A stretch of 64,000 nucleotides of DNA from Pimelobacter simplex. GTDB taxonomy: Bacteria > Cyanobacteriota > Cyanobacteriia > PCC-6307 > Cyanobiaceae. Position 1 is the stretch's first letter. The number at the start of each line of letters is the position of its first letter. Shown here one piece after another: positions 20,201 through 28,868 of this stretch. The DNA is taken from contig CALRIS020000012.1 in assembly GCA_943361795.1 (NCBI GenBank), positions 21,077-85,076 on the forward strand, in the 5' to 3' direction. The notes below the pieces were generated by a model. It was not told the DNA's origin. It did no database searches and saw only the letters and a program-made list of their open reading frames with translations. Position numbers and translations under genes: made by a program.

Positions 20201-22527
20201 CCCTCGATCTGGCGGCCGGTCCAGAAGCCTTAGCGACCACCGTCCTGGCGGACGCGATCCGGGCCCTGCCCCCCGACCAGCCCCTGCGGGGCCTGTTCCA
20301 TGCCGCTGGCGTGCTTGAAGACGGCCTGGTGAGCGGCCTCACGCCGGAGCGGCTGGCGGCCGCCCTGGGACCCAAGTTGGCCGGCTGGCAAGGGGTACAG
20401 GCTGCCATTGCCCAGGCCCAGGCTTCACGTGAGCAAGCTTCTCTAGAGAAAGGTTCTCAAGAGAAAGGATCTCAAGAGCATGCTTCTCAGGAGCAAGCCT
20501 TACAAGGGGAAGCGACCCAAGGGCACGCTGATCAAACGGCGCCCTCGGCAGTCAAGGCTTGCAATCCATGCGATGGCCTGGACTTTTCGATCGCCTTTTC
20601 ATCGTTGGCTTCCCTGCTGGGATCGCCCGGCCAGGCCGCCTACGGGGCCGCCAATGGCGGCCTCGATGCCCTCTGCCGCCAGGGGTGCGCCGATGGACAC
20701 GCCCGTGATGGCAAGCCCCTGCGGCTGGCGATCCAATGGGGTCCCTGGGAGGGGGCGGGCATGGCTGAGGGCAAAACCAGGCGCCTAGAGGGACTGGGCG
20801 TAGGACTGCTGCCGGCAGCGGGGGCATTTCAAGCCCTGGACCTGCTTTTGGAACGGGGCCAAGGCGGTGTGGTCGCCGTACTCAACAACGATTGGCCGCG
20901 CCTGTGGGACCAGGCCAACCCCCGCCAGCGACCCGTGCTGGCCCCCCTGATTCAGGACGGCAGCGGCGGGACCAGGGCGGGGGAGCAAGCAGCGGCAGCG
21001 ACCCAAGCCGCGGCGGCCCGGGATGACCTGCTTGTCCGCCTGGCGGCGGCGGCCCCGGGCGAGGCGCTGGCCCTGGTCACCCGGCTGCTGCAGGGGCGCC
21101 TCGGCCAGGTGATGGGCCTGGCCGAGGCTGAGGCAATCGATGCGGGTGAATCCCTGTTCCAGCTCGGCCTCGATTCCCTGATGGCGGTGGAATTTGCCGC
21201 CGGGCTCCAGGCCGACCTGGGCCTCAAGGTGGACTTCGAAGCCCTCGGCGGCGACCCCAGCCTCGAGAACCTGGCCGAGCTGCTGCTGGCCGAGCTGCAA
21301 CCGGAGGGCCCAACCCCCTCCAAAACGGGCCTGGACCTGGGCGAGCAGGCCCGGCTCGATCCCGATTGGCGCAGGCCCGATCGCCAGCCCCTCCCGGGCG
21401 GATCCCTGGGGACCCCGGGTGAGGCGATCCTGCTCACCGGCAGCACCGGTTTTCTGGGGGCCTACCTGCTGGCCGGCCAGCTACAGCGCTGGCCCGAGCT
21501 GCGGGTGCGGGCCCTGGTGCGTTGCCCATCGGCGCTGGCGGGGCTGGATCGGATCCGCACCAACCTGGAGCGCTACGGGCTTTGGCAGCCCGATTGGGAG
21601 CAGCGCATAGAGGTGGTGCCAGGCGACCTGGCCCAGCCCCAGTTCGGCCTGGAGCCCCAGGCCTTTGCGGCCCTGGCCAAGGGCCTGGGCGGGATTCTCC
21701 ATAACGGCGCCCAACTGAGCCAAATGGCGAGCTACGGCCAACTGGCTCCCGCCAATGTGGGCGGCACCCGCGCCGTGTTGCGGCTCGCCAGCCTGGATAG
21801 GCCCCTGGCGGTGCAATTCATTTCGAGCGTGGCGGTGTTTGAGGCCCGGGCCTATCGCAACCGCCTGCTCCTGGAAAGCGATGACCTGGCGGACTGGCGG
21901 GGCATCCACCTGGGCTACTCCCAGACCAAGTGGGTGAGTGAGCGGTTGCTGCTGGCCGCCGGGGCGGCGGGCCTACCGGTGAGCATCTACCGGCCGCCCC
22001 TGATCGGCGGCCATTCCCGCAGCGGCGCCTGGCACCAGGACGACCTGCTGCAGCGGCTGCTGAAGGGATGCCTGGAGCTGGGCCTGGCCCCAGACCTGGC
22101 CTGGGAACTCGATCTGGTGCCCGTCGATTACGTGGCCGATGCGGTGACCGCCCTGGCCTGGCGTCCGGACGCCGTGGGCCTGGCCTATCACCTGCACCAC
22201 CCCGAACCCGTGATGCTGAAGGACCTGCTGGCCCAACTGGTCGAGGGCGGTGCGGCCCTTGAGCTGGTGCCGATGGAGCGTTGGCTGGCGGCGATCGAGG
22301 CCGATGCCAGCAACCCCCTGTACCCGCTGCGGGCCTTTTTCCACCAGCGCTGGGGCGATGACCAGCTCACCTATCCCGAGCTCAACCAACTGGGGCTGCG
22401 GGCCCGCCCCAGCGCCGCAGCCACCGTGGCGAGCCTGGCGGCCCTGGGGGTGCGCTGCCCAAGCTTCAAGGAGCTGATCGCCCCCTATGGGATGGCCCTA
22501 CTGGGCGCCGGCGCCGGCAGCCGATGA
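14209..22527 (+). CDS. Type I polyketide synthase, single fully reducing module with terminal thioester reductase (KS-AT-DH-ER-KR-ACP-R)
   Basis: All domain signatures are present (see domain features). TTG start 18 codons before the KS core. 2772 aa. Confidence 0.95.
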   Translation: MPPPITPSLTLSPTVPSPEPIAIVGIGCRLPGGIGSPQAFWDLLREGRDGITDVPARRWDLGQHFDADPLKPLSQHVRRGGFIEGIDQFDAGFFGISPREALCMDPQQRLLLEVAWRALEHGGQPLDRLRGQAVGVFIGISSLDYSSLLWASSEHYATPDNEPFVLPGNTGCIAANRISYFLDLKGPSFTVDTACSSSLVAVHLACESLWRGESTAALAGGVQALIHPGIQMSFCKAGLLAPDGRCKSFDASADGYVRSEGAGVVLLKRLSEARRCGDPIVALIHGTAVNSDGRSNGMAAPNLKAQIACVRQAFARSGLDPAATQYVEAHGTGTRQGDPIELRALGTVLGEGRPGDQPCRVGSVKTNLGHGETAAGITGLIKAALCIQHRQIPASLHFRTPNPAIDFAGLKLQVQTALEPFPAADQPAVVGVSSFGFGGTNAHAVLAEAPAAEVGSPGAAPLPLQLLTLSARTSVALRATASRYLELLRQRPTLALADLCANANQQRTAFQQRLVCLASDRADLEGQLEAFAGGKAPAKASTGAPQAAHSPLQAVAGRRPGKVAFLISGQGSQERAMARDLYGRHPVFREAFERAAALADPSLELPLKRVLLPEPGQEQQAAQALQHTAIAQPALFVVGYALSQLWASWGVRPDLLLGHSAGEVLAAHLAGVFDLADGIRLITARGQLMQALPADGGMVALLAPLEQVQALIASDSSLGVAALNAPRNTVVSGPAGAIGALVERAQDSGVGTARLPVAHGFHSPAMAPMLEAFAQLLAQLRLSPPARALVSSLSGGLAGAEVADPAYWCEQVLRPVRFAQGVATLQAQGARLFVDLGPRPSLITLAKQTLAPGPGPGQPGKDPGQPVPGQQAPGQEPLFLPSLVPAQDDWSVILASLAQLHLRGLAIDWRSFHAPFAQQRLTLPGYPFERQRHWWPAGRGQVPGAHRWLDHLGLAPLDPLPGEPVFPGPSSLAPAQPGASAPIQAGVPRAGLQASNNGFDGGLQQATPSPAQAAGVPGPGAVPGPSLAQGFAAKEGDGWDRVGLAPPAQDSHGSDVIESGVNGSGLNGSGHNELGPQASNEATRATAPARILQKLDLPPGRVHYQVTLDPSQQADLADHAIRDQPVFAAAGFLVLAAQVATQEGLALGFGPLSLERPLRLGAGPRQLQLVLEEGALAFHSRNPGEPAGGWTSHGRLGLVQAPGPIPPGGAGLDPGSAPFVPGLPPDGAETLDPTGFYAALARCGLTYGPRFRGLHQVQRQQGQAWAELRRPAAGGAEGLLDSCFQLVAASLDPEAAGGQLFLPVGLEALALAPGEWPERFSCEVRLQANLEPAQVQADLVWHAGGHLLGWIRGFRLRRLPRQAVDWMFPAAQLAPPEPAPDPASWLIQSDWEPLGLDSAPTVAAHESAAALPPTLPPPTLPLGDRPLLIGAGQHQARAFAAWASDQGQPARRLGFGDPLPAGNGPVLVWPDPDAAEPLALANHLLALVQQLQAPRNANNALPNQAAGSGAPGRAQPRPLWLVLEGDAAWSGVLAGFAQTAALETPQLAWTQLHLPADPQHQPQARDWDQLWAQASSEASLLWRSGQAHGQRLQRLAPERFRFISNDPGRLEALVRQPLAPTTLVNGELELAVEATGLNFRDVLNALGLLAAYGEELGLAEGAQVPFGGECVGRVVAVGPGVDPALVGQRMLAALAVGSLASHVSCRAELCVPLPTGLDSETGASLSTVFLTALYGLVHLAQLQPGETVLIHAGAGGVGQAALQVARRCGARILATASGPKQQGLLDQGVEAVFDSRSLAFAEQVRSHTAGKGVDVVLNSLKGDWVDASFQALAPGGRFIELGKIEIWSRAQAQERRPDAAYLPFDLLEVAAAEPQRVRQLLIDFLADLAQGSFKPIPIEVYPISAVPDAFRLLAQARHRGKVVVRQADRPTPLAIRPQATYLITGALGGIGLRLIDWLVERGASSLLLVSRSAGSPSPEVKHRLEGLEARGIRCQRVALDLAAGPEALATTVLADAIRALPPDQPLRGLFHAAGVLEDGLVSGLTPERLAAALGPKLAGWQGVQAAIAQAQASREQASLEKGSQEKGSQEHASQEQALQGEATQGHADQTAPSAVKACNPCDGLDFSIAFSSLASLLGSPGQAAYGAANGGLDALCRQGCADGHARDGKPLRLAIQWGPWEGAGMAEGKTRRLEGLGVGLLPAAGAFQALDLLLERGQGGVVAVLNNDWPRLWDQANPRQRPVLAPLIQDGSGGTRAGEQAAAATQAAAARDDLLVRLAAAAPGEALALVTRLLQGRLGQVMGLAEAEAIDAGESLFQLGLDSLMAVEFAAGLQADLGLKVDFEALGGDPSLENLAELLLAELQPEGPTPSKTGLDLGEQARLDPDWRRPDRQPLPGGSLGTPGEAILLTGSTGFLGAYLLAGQLQRWPELRVRALVRCPSALAGLDRIRTNLERYGLWQPDWEQRIEVVPGDLAQPQFGLEPQAFAALAKGLGGILHNGAQLSQMASYGQLAPANVGGTRAVLRLASLDRPLAVQFISSVAVFEARAYRNRLLLESDDLADWRGIHLGYSQTKWVSERLLLAAGAAGLPVSIYRPPLIGGHSRSGAWHQDDLLQRLLKGCLELGLAPDLAWELDLVPVDYVADAVTALAWRPDAVGLAYHLHHPEPVMLKDLLAQLVEGGAALELVPMERWLAAIEADASNPLYPLRAFFHQRWGDDQLTYPELNQLGLRARPSAAATVASLAALGVRCPSFKELIAPYGMALLGAGAGSR
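14263..15552 (+). other. PKS ketosynthase domain (approximate bounds)
   Basis: [15 protein letters not shown], active-site DTACSSS (Cys codon 14791-14793), [30 protein letters not shown]. Confidence 0.9.
15895..16740 (+). other. PKS acyltransferase domain, malonyl-type by motif (approximate bounds)
   Basis: [15 protein letters not shown] (Ser codon 16186-16188), and VAHGFHS (HAFH-like, not YASH). Confidence 0.85.
17500..18310 (+). other. PKS dehydratase domain (approximate bounds)
   Basis: [17 protein letters not shown] (His codon 17563-17565; HxxxGxxxxP variant with D for G) and LLDSCFQL (DxxxQ). Confidence 0.7.
19020..19990 (+). other. PKS enoylreductase domain (approximate bounds)
   Basis: [35 protein letters not shown] motif, HRGKVVV. 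Confidence 0.8.
20027..20900 (+). other. PKS ketoreductase domain, interrupted by a repeat insertion (approximate bounds)
   Basis: [15 protein letters not shown] Rossmann motif, [24 protein letters not shown] (catalytic Tyr), and a repeat insertion at 20422-20526. Confidence 0.8.
20422..20526 (+). repeat. Seven in-frame 15-nt (pentapeptide) tandem repeats inside the KR domain
   Basis: [35 protein letters not shown]. Hand-counted G+C is 27/60 for 20437-20496, versus roughly two-thirds in the flanks. Confidence 0.85.
21040..21300 (+). other. PKS acyl carrier protein domain (approximate bounds)
   Basis: [14 protein letters not shown] (phosphopantetheinyl Ser codon 21175-21177). Confidence 0.85.
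21420..22524 (+). other. PKS terminal thioester reductase (R, SDR-e1) domain (approximate bounds)
   Basis: [18 protein letters not shown](P)-binding motif and YSQTKWVSE (YxxxK). Confidence 0.85.
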
Positions 22528-23873
22528 CCCTGACGCCGCTAGCGGCGCCCCCATGGGGGCTAGTGATCACGGCCGGAGTGCCGATCCGCTTGCCCGCAGA
22601 TGGCGACCTGGCCTCCCCATGGGCGTTGGTCCTGGCCTTGGCCCTACTGCTCAGCTTAGCCGGGCAGGCCCTCCTCACCGGCTGGTTTGCACTTCGGGTC
22701 CGCCGGTTGGGGCAGCAGCGCAGCCGCTGGCCCGAGGAACCAGCCGGGGGCTGGCCGGTGGCGGAGGTGGTGCTCTGCCTGCGGGGCGCCGATCCCAGCC
22801 TGGCAGGGGCTTTGGCAGCCCTCGCCCACCAGCGCTACCCGGGCCCCTGGCGCCTGCAGCTGGTGGTGGATTCCCAGGCCGATCCGGCCTGGGCCGTGGC
22901 GGAAGCGAGCCTGGCAGCCCTGGAGGCCAGCGGCCAGGCCAGCTGGCAGGCGGCCCAGCAGGGGCCCCTGCTGGGCCGGCCCCAACGGGGCTCCCTCAAG
23001 GGCGCTTCCCTGCGCCAGGCCTTTGCCCACCTGCATCCCGCCACGACCCTGGTGGCCCTGATCGATGCCGATGCGATCGTCTCGCCCGATTGGCTGGCGG
23101 ACCTGGCCCGGGCCTGCAGCCAGCCCGGGGTCGGTGCCGTGTCGGGCAATCGCTGGTACCAGCCCCAGGCAGGCAGCCTGGCCGCTCAGGTCAGGGCCGG
23201 CTGGAATGGGGGCGCCCTGGTGCTGATGACCCTGCTCGGGATCCCTTGGGGGGGCTCCCTGGCGGTGCGGCGCCAGGTGATCGATGCCGGTGTCTGGAGT
23301 GAACGGCTGATCAGCAGCCTCTGTGAAGACACCTCCCTGGTCCAGCCCCTGCGCCAGCTGGGCTGGCGCTACGCCTTCCGGCCCGAACTGATCGCCCTTG
23401 ACCAGGACGACAGCATGGCCTTGTCCGATCTGGCCCCCTGGATCGGCCGGCAACTACTCACCGCCCGGCTGCACCATCCGGCCTGGCCCCTGGTTGCCCT
23501 CCATGGCGGCGGCAGCGCCCTCCTGCTCCTGGCTGCCGCCGCCTGGCTGTTGCTGGGCCATTCCGGCCTTCTTGCCGCAGCCCTCGCTCTCTACGAACTG
23601 GGCTGCATGGGGCTCTTGCTAGGGATCGAAGCCACGGCCCTCAGGGCCCTGGCCAAACCTGGGGACGAAGCCATACCCCGGCCGCTAGCGCCCCTGGGGC
23701 GCCGGGCTTGGCAGTGGCTGAAGCACCTGCCCGTGACCCAACTCATCTATGCGCTCGCCTTCTGGCATGCCTGCTGGGATCGCCGGGTGGAATGGCGTGG
23801 CGTCACCTACCGGGTGCTGGGCCACCGCGAGCCTGGGGGACCGGGGGTGGAAGCCCTGGGCTGGGAGGAATGA
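22524..23873 (+). CDS. Membrane glycosyltransferase family 2 (GT21/ceramide-glucosyltransferase-like layout)
   Basis: N-terminal TM segment, then VEVVLCLRGADPSL, LIDADAIVSPDW (DxD), GNRWY and CEDTSL. The ATG overlaps the PKS stop (ATGA at 22524-22527). Confidence 0.75.
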   Translation: MTLTPLAAPPWGLVITAGVPIRLPADGDLASPWALVLALALLLSLAGQALLTGWFALRVRRLGQQRSRWPEEPAGGWPVAEVVLCLRGADPSLAGALAALAHQRYPGPWRLQLVVDSQADPAWAVAEASLAALEASGQASWQAAQQGPLLGRPQRGSLKGASLRQAFAHLHPATTLVALIDADAIVSPDWLADLARACSQPGVGAVSGNRWYQPQAGSLAAQVRAGWNGGALVLMTLLGIPWGGSLAVRRQVIDAGVWSERLISSLCEDTSLVQPLRQLGWRYAFRPELIALDQDDSMALSDLAPWIGRQLLTARLHHPAWPLVALHGGGSALLLLAAAAWLLLGHSGLLAAALALYELGCMGLLLGIEATALRALAKPGDEAIPRPLAPLGRRAWQWLKHLPVTQLIYALAFWHACWDRRVEWRGVTYRVLGHREPGGPGVEALGWEE

Positions 23874-23882
23874 CTGAACTGC

Positions 23883-24569
23883 TCACCGGGCCAGCATCAG
23901 CCGCCTTAGCACCACCATGGACTGGCGCAGGTTGGCCTCATTGAGGTCGTCGTAGGTCGGGCGCAAAAAAGCGGGCAGGTCGGGCTCTAGGGCGATCTGA
24001 TGGTCGACAAGCACCCCGCCGCGCACCCGGGTCAAGCTCCATTGCCCCTGGAGGCTGAGGATGCGCTCGCCGCGGAGCAGGCGATAGCGCATCCAGCGGG
24101 GCGCCCTTTCCTCCACAGCCAGCACAACCTTGATCGGCAGACCGAAGGTGGACGGGGCTTGGTAGGTCTGGGCTAGCTCCAGCTGGCTGCCCTGGCGGTT
24201 GAGCACCTTCGCCTGCCTGATGTCGGGCATCAGGCCTGCCATCGCCTCGTAATTGGTCAGCACGGCCCAGGCCCGGGCCTGGGTCACGGGCACCAGCATC
24301 CTTGCCCTGTAGTGGCCCTTGCTGCCCGTCAGCACCGGATCGGCCAGCGCCGGTTGGACCGGCCGATCCGGGCCGCTGTCCTGGGCGAGGAGCTGGGCTG
24401 GGGTCGCCAGAGTTAGGCCCACCGCAGCGCCTAAGGTGAGAACCTGATTGAGCAACCCATGGCAGGGCCTAGCTGGCTGGCTGCCTAACGCCGATGAGCC
24501 CCCCATGACCTGGCATTTGCGGCGCATCAGGCCATTGTGATGGATTGGGAACCGGGACAAGATCCCCAA
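23883..24569 (-). CDS. Secreted or membrane-anchored SRPBCC (START / polyketide_cyc2-like) lipid-binding protein
   Basis: N-terminal hydrophobic signal-like segment LLNQVLTLGAAVGLTLATPAQLLAQ, then an SRPBCC-like core ARMLVPVTQARAWAVLTNYEAMAGLMPDI ... LQGQWSL. More likely starts are ATG 24527 or 24506. Confidence 0.6.
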   Translation of the reverse strand: MGILSRFPIHHNGLMRRKCQVMGGSSALGSQPARPCHGLLNQVLTLGAAVGLTLATPAQLLAQDSGPDRPVQPALADPVLTGSKGHYRARMLVPVTQARAWAVLTNYEAMAGLMPDIRQAKVLNRQGSQLELAQTYQAPSTFGLPIKVVLAVEERAPRWMRYRLLRGERILSLQGQWSLTRVRGGVLVDHQIALEPDLPAFLRPTYDDLNEANLRQSMVVLRRLMLAR

Positions 24570-25853
24570 AGCAAGGCACCTTTAAAAGCATCAACGGCAG
24601 CCGTTTCCCCTGCAGCCGTTTCAAGCCCCCATTCCACCCCTGTCGATCCTGCCACCGCCGTTGACTGGAGTGCTGGGGCCGCAGCGGGAGAGCCCCAATT
24701 TGATCTGAAGCGACGGCTCTACTTTTTAAGTGGTTTTGATCCCCGCGGCGCCTCTTTCTATTTCCGGCTCATGGGCCAGGAAGTGGAGCGCCAAAATGCC
24801 AAGTCACCCATGGGCGAAGGGACGCCCATCCAGCTGGTCAGACGCAGGCAGGAAGGGGATCGACTGGTGAGCCGGTGGCGGATTCAGCGATCCCAACCCA
24901 ATAGCTCTGGCCGTTCCAGCAGCCACGAAATTGGCTTTTTGCACTGGGATGACATTGCCCGCAGCCACTGGCCCAGGCGCTCCTTGGCCATGGTCGGTGA
25001 GATCGCCGAGGTCTACCGCTGGTACCTGCTGCAAGGGGGCTTGCTACGGATTGCCCGTCTCTGCCCCGGGGTGGCCCTCTGCGGCGCCTACCCAGCGCTT
25101 TTCACCGCCCTGGCGGTGGGAGTTGCCTTGCTGGCTGGCGCTGGCCTGGGAGCGCTGACCTACGGGGCCCTGCCAGGGCCCCTAGCCCTGGGAGCCGCAG
25201 TCTTGGTAGCCGCGAGCAGCACCTGGCTGCTGCTGCTCGCGGCGTGGGCCCTGGCCGATCGGCTCGGGGTGGTGTGGCTCTGGCGCTCGATCCGCTTTAC
25301 CCACCGGCTCGGTCAAGCCCGCGATGGCGACCTGCGCGCCCGGGTCCGGGAGTTGGCCCGGCGGATCCTGGACCTAGAAGCCGAAGCCCCGGCCGAGTCG
25401 GTGCTGCTAGTGGGCCACAGCTCAGGCTCCTTTGTGATGGCCATGCTGGCGGCCGAGCTGCGCCGCCAGGACCCTGCCGCTGCCATGACAAACCGCTTAA
25501 GCCTGCTCAGCTTGGGCCAGAACCTGGCCAACCTGGCCGTCTATCCCGGGGCCCAGGCATTCCACGCCGATTTGCAGGAGTTGGCCCGGGAGCCGCGCCT
25601 GCCCTGGCTCGATGTCACCAGCCACGATGACCTCCTCTGTTTCGCTGGCGTCGATCCCTACCGCAGCTGCGACGTTCCCGCCCCAGCGGGCCCGGCCTAC
25701 CCAGCCCTGCAGCTGGTGGCCCTGGCCGAGCCGAGGGGCTGGCTTGATCGACTGGCCCTGGCGTTTCAGCAGTTTGATCTCCACTTCCATTACCTGCGCC
25801 AGGCTCCTGCCAGCCACGGCTTTGATCCCCTCAGCCAGCTGCTGAAACCATGA
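24540..25853 (+). CDS. Unclassified membrane-anchored alpha/beta-hydrolase-like protein (GHSSG nucleophile elbow)
   Basis: RRLYFLSGFDPRG N-terminal strand, a hydrophobic hairpin of 2-3 helices (LCPGVALCGAYPALFTALAVGVALLAGAGLGAL ... STWLLLLAAWALA), then VLLVGHSSGSF, later SHDDLL and HFHY (Ser-Asp-His order). Start uncertain. Confidence 0.5.
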   Translation: MDWEPGQDPQSKAPLKASTAAVSPAAVSSPHSTPVDPATAVDWSAGAAAGEPQFDLKRRLYFLSGFDPRGASFYFRLMGQEVERQNAKSPMGEGTPIQLVRRRQEGDRLVSRWRIQRSQPNSSGRSSSHEIGFLHWDDIARSHWPRRSLAMVGEIAEVYRWYLLQGGLLRIARLCPGVALCGAYPALFTALAVGVALLAGAGLGALTYGALPGPLALGAAVLVAASSTWLLLLAAWALADRLGVVWLWRSIRFTHRLGQARDGDLRARVRELARRILDLEAEAPAESVLLVGHSSGSFVMAMLAAELRRQDPAAAMTNRLSLLSLGQNLANLAVYPGAQAFHADLQELAREPRLPWLDVTSHDDLLCFAGVDPYRSCDVPAPAGPAYPALQLVALAEPRGWLDRLALAFQQFDLHFHYLRQAPASHGFDPLSQLLKP

Positions 25854-27529
25854 CCTCCCGTCCACCAGCAGGCCCCATCCCACCCGAGGAAGGCACGGCC
25901 AGCTCGGCCAGCCCAGACGCCCAGCTGGACGCAAGGGAACCGATCTGGCCCCAACCCCAACCCTTCACCGCCAACCTGCTCAAGCGCTTCAGCCGGGGTT
26001 TGGGCTCCTGGTTTGGCCTGCTCAACGAGTGGGATTTCCGGATCGGCATTGGCAGCACCAACGTCTTGGGCCTGGAGATGGTGCTGGTCAACCGGCCGGA
26101 CCTGGTGCGTCAGGTGCTGGTGGAGGAACCCGAGGCCTTCCCAAAACACCCCTACACCCAGTGGATCCTGGAGCCCCTGATTGGCCAGGGCCTCTTTGCG
26201 GTGAATGGGGCCGAGTGGCAGCGCCAGCGGCGCCTGGTTGATCAGGCCCTCCAGGTGACCCAATTGCGACGGGTCTTTCCCCTAATGCAAGGGGCGGTGC
26301 AGACCATGCTGGAACGGCTTGAGAACCAAGGGTCCGCCGCAAGCCCTAGGCCAGCACCAGGCCTTGGCGCAGGCCAGGCAGACCTGACAGACCAGGCAGG
26401 CCAAGCAGGCCAGGGCAAGGAAGCGGACCTCTGCTTCGATGCCCAGGAGGCGATGAGCCTGGTGACGGCCGATGTAATCGTGCGCACGATCCTCTCGAGG
26501 CCCCTCGCCCCCTGCGAAGCCCGGACCATCTTTGCCGCCTTTGCCCGCTACCAACGCCGGGCCAGCCTGGTGATGGTGTTGCGCTTTCTGCGCCTGCCTA
26601 AACCCTGGCTGCAGCGGCTGCTGGGCGCCGATGCCGGACTGATCCGCAGGTGGATCGCCGCAGCCATCAACGAACGCTCCCGCTCCCAACCAGGCCTTGC
26701 CACTGGTACCAACCCCGTTGCCGGGCACCAGGACCTGCTTTCGGCCCTAGAGCGGGCCCAAGATCGACCAGCCACCCCACCCAGTAGGGGCCCAGCCCAG
26801 GCGGCTGAAGGCCCAGCAGAACCGCCTGATGACCCACAAGCAGGGATGGCTGAAAGCAGCGGGGGCTTTAGCCAGGACGAACTGGTCGACCAGGTGTGCG
26901 TACTGTTTCTTGCTGGCCATGAAACCTCCGCAAGCGCCCTAGCGATGGCCTGCTATCTGCTGGCCCGCTACCCAGAAGCCCAGGCCCGCTTTGCCAGGGA
27001 AATTAAGCAGGTCCGTGGGGGAAGTCCATCCCCGGAATTCGCCCCAAGCCCGCACCGCCCCCTGGATTACGAGGACCTGCGCGGCCTGCCCTATGGCGCC
27101 GCACTGCTTCAGGAGACCCTGCGCCTCTACCCTCCCCTGAGCTTTTTCATCCGCGAAAGCCAGGCTGCCAGCCAGCTGGGCGAAAGCCGCTGCCCGATGG
27201 GGGCGCTGCTGGCGATTTCCCCCTGGGTGATCCAGCGCCACGAGCAGCACTGGAGCGAGCCCAATCACTTCCGGCCAGAACGGTTCCTGGCCGATCAGGC
27301 CAGCGATGGGGACAAACAATGGGCACGGGACGCCTTCCTGCCCTTTGGCCTAGGGCCACGCAAGTGCCCTGGGGCCGCCTTTGCCCTGCAGGAAGCCCTG
27401 CTGGTGCTCGCGGAGCTGGTTAGCCGCTATGAACTCCTGAGCGAGCCCGGCCAGGAGCCAGAGCTAGTGGGCAACCTCACCCTGCGCTCGCGCAATGGCG
27501 TGCCGTTAAGACTGCGGCGCCGTCCCTAA
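25850..27529 (+). CDS. Cytochrome P450 (559 aa, with low-complexity insertions)
   Basis: I-helix LFLAGHETSASAL, ExxR ETLRLYPP, and heme loop FLPFGLGPRKCPGAAFA. The ATG overlaps the upstream stop (ATGA at 25850-25853). Confidence 0.9.
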   Translation: MTSRPPAGPIPPEEGTASSASPDAQLDAREPIWPQPQPFTANLLKRFSRGLGSWFGLLNEWDFRIGIGSTNVLGLEMVLVNRPDLVRQVLVEEPEAFPKHPYTQWILEPLIGQGLFAVNGAEWQRQRRLVDQALQVTQLRRVFPLMQGAVQTMLERLENQGSAASPRPAPGLGAGQADLTDQAGQAGQGKEADLCFDAQEAMSLVTADVIVRTILSRPLAPCEARTIFAAFARYQRRASLVMVLRFLRLPKPWLQRLLGADAGLIRRWIAAAINERSRSQPGLATGTNPVAGHQDLLSALERAQDRPATPPSRGPAQAAEGPAEPPDDPQAGMAESSGGFSQDELVDQVCVLFLAGHETSASALAMACYLLARYPEAQARFAREIKQVRGGSPSPEFAPSPHRPLDYEDLRGLPYGAALLQETLRLYPPLSFFIRESQAASQLGESRCPMGALLAISPWVIQRHEQHWSEPNHFRPERFLADQASDGDKQWARDAFLPFGLGPRKCPGAAFALQEALLVLAELVSRYELLSEPGQEPELVGNLTLRSRNGVPLRLRRRP

Positions 27530-27575
27530 CTAATCACCTAGCAGAAGATATTAATGTCAAATTCGCATAAGCGAG

Positions 27576-28868
27576 TTGAACCTTAAGGTCAAAGTGCTAA
27601 TATCAATTAAGATTTGCCTAGCTCCACGAGTGGTTCATCCAGCCAAAGGGCCCTCCCCAGCCTTCAGGCCCGTTGCGGAGCGTTTTGGGATCGGCTGGCT
27701 CACGGCAGCCCTGCTGGTGGCCCCCCAGCTGGCACCGCTGGCAGCCCTGGCCGCTCCCCCTCCAGCTGCCGCCAAGCGTTCAACACTGGTGCCGCCGGCC
27801 CAGCGGGCAAGGGTGACCTACGACACCTACCTGCTGGGGCCCGGGGACAGCCTGCAAATTGAACTGGAGAACATCCCCGAGCTCTCTGGCACCTTCACAA
27901 TTGGGCCCGATGGCACCCTATACCTACCTCGCCTGCGAGCTCTCTTCGTCGATGGGCTAACCATTGAGGAGTTGCGCTATTTTCTTACGCAACAGTTCAA
28001 GCCATATATCAAGAATCCAGAAATCTACATTAGGCCACTTGCCTACCGTCCAGTAAGGGTTTACGTTGGCGGGGAGGTCAATCGTCCAGGCTATTACACT
28101 CTCTCACAAGACCAAGCAATTCAAGCACTCAGCGAATCAAATAACAAGCAATATCTATCAAGCTCAGTAAATATGAACAGTACAAGCATTGAGGCAAGTA
28201 GGTCAACATCCTACAGCCCTAGCGCCAACAATGCGGGAGCAACATTTAATCCCTATGTCGTTCCGACAGTCTACGATGCAATCCGCGCCTCCGAAGGGGT
28301 AACACCCTATTCCAATCTTTCGGACGTCTTCATTACCCGCAAACAACCCTTGAGTAGCGGCGGCGGCAAGGCCAGGGCAAGCGTGAATCTTTTGAGCATG
28401 ATCACCCATGGAGACGAGTCACAGAACGCAAGACTTTTCGACGGAGATATTCTTTATGTTAACAAAAGTCCAATTGTCCTACTAGATCAATTACTTGCAT
28501 CTGCACGTACGAACCTAAACCCTCAATACCTCAATGTGTTCATCACCGGCAGGGTTAAACTACCTGGCAACACCGTCCTCCCTCAGGGCTCATCGCTGAA
28601 CCAAGCTCTTACTAGCACCGGGGTTCAACTGCTCCGTGGCAAAGTAGAATTTGTACGCATTAATCGCGATGGCAAGCTAGATCGACGACTGTTTAACTTT
28701 AATCCAAGCCTACCAATCGATTCAGCCTCCAATCCAGTATTGATGAGCGGAGACATTATAAGGGTTCAAGATTCCGGCGTTTCCGCAGCAACCAGCCTAC
28801 TCAGTGAGCTAACCGGCCCATTTGTAGGTATTTACTCCGTCTACAGTCTCTTTGGAGGTATTAAATAA
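27576..28868 (+). CDS. Polysaccharide export protein, Wza/OPX-like (Poly_export + SLBB)
   Basis: YLLGPGDSLQIELENIPELSGTFTIGPDGTLYLPRLRALFVDGLTIEELR, later GRVKLPGNTVLPQGSSLNQAL (SLBB-like). TTG start is uncertain. Confidence 0.75.
   Translation: MNLKVKVLISIKICLAPRVVHPAKGPSPAFRPVAERFGIGWLTAALLVAPQLAPLAALAAPPPAAAKRSTLVPPAQRARVTYDTYLLGPGDSLQIELENIPELSGTFTIGPDGTLYLPRLRALFVDGLTIEELRYFLTQQFKPYIKNPEIYIRPLAYRPVRVYVGGEVNRPGYYTLSQDQAIQALSESNNKQYLSSSVNMNSTSIEASRSTSYSPSANNAGATFNPYVVPTVYDAIRASEGVTPYSNLSDVFITRKQPLSSGGGKARASVNLLSMITHGDESQNARLFDGDILYVNKSPIVLLDQLLASARTNLNPQYLNVFITGRVKLPGNTVLPQGSSLNQALTSTGVQLLRGKVEFVRINRDGKLDRRLFNFNPSLPIDSASNPVLMSGDIIRVQDSGVSAATSLLSELTGPFVGIYSVYSLFGGIK

Noticed and set aside
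20422-20526. CRISPR-like array (also considered for 56538-56578 and 57436-57522)
   Set aside because: The units are 13-15 nt with no spacers, and two of the three are in-frame coding repeats. No cas genes are present in the window.
14338-22389. Dozens of 60-400-aa ORFs in other frames or on the other strand inside the PKS gene (e.g. 17946..19139, 15778..16545, 18167..18931)
   Set aside because: All are nested in a continuous 8.3-kb frame carrying every PKS signature. Their translations are Pro/Arg/Gly/Ala-rich with no motifs.
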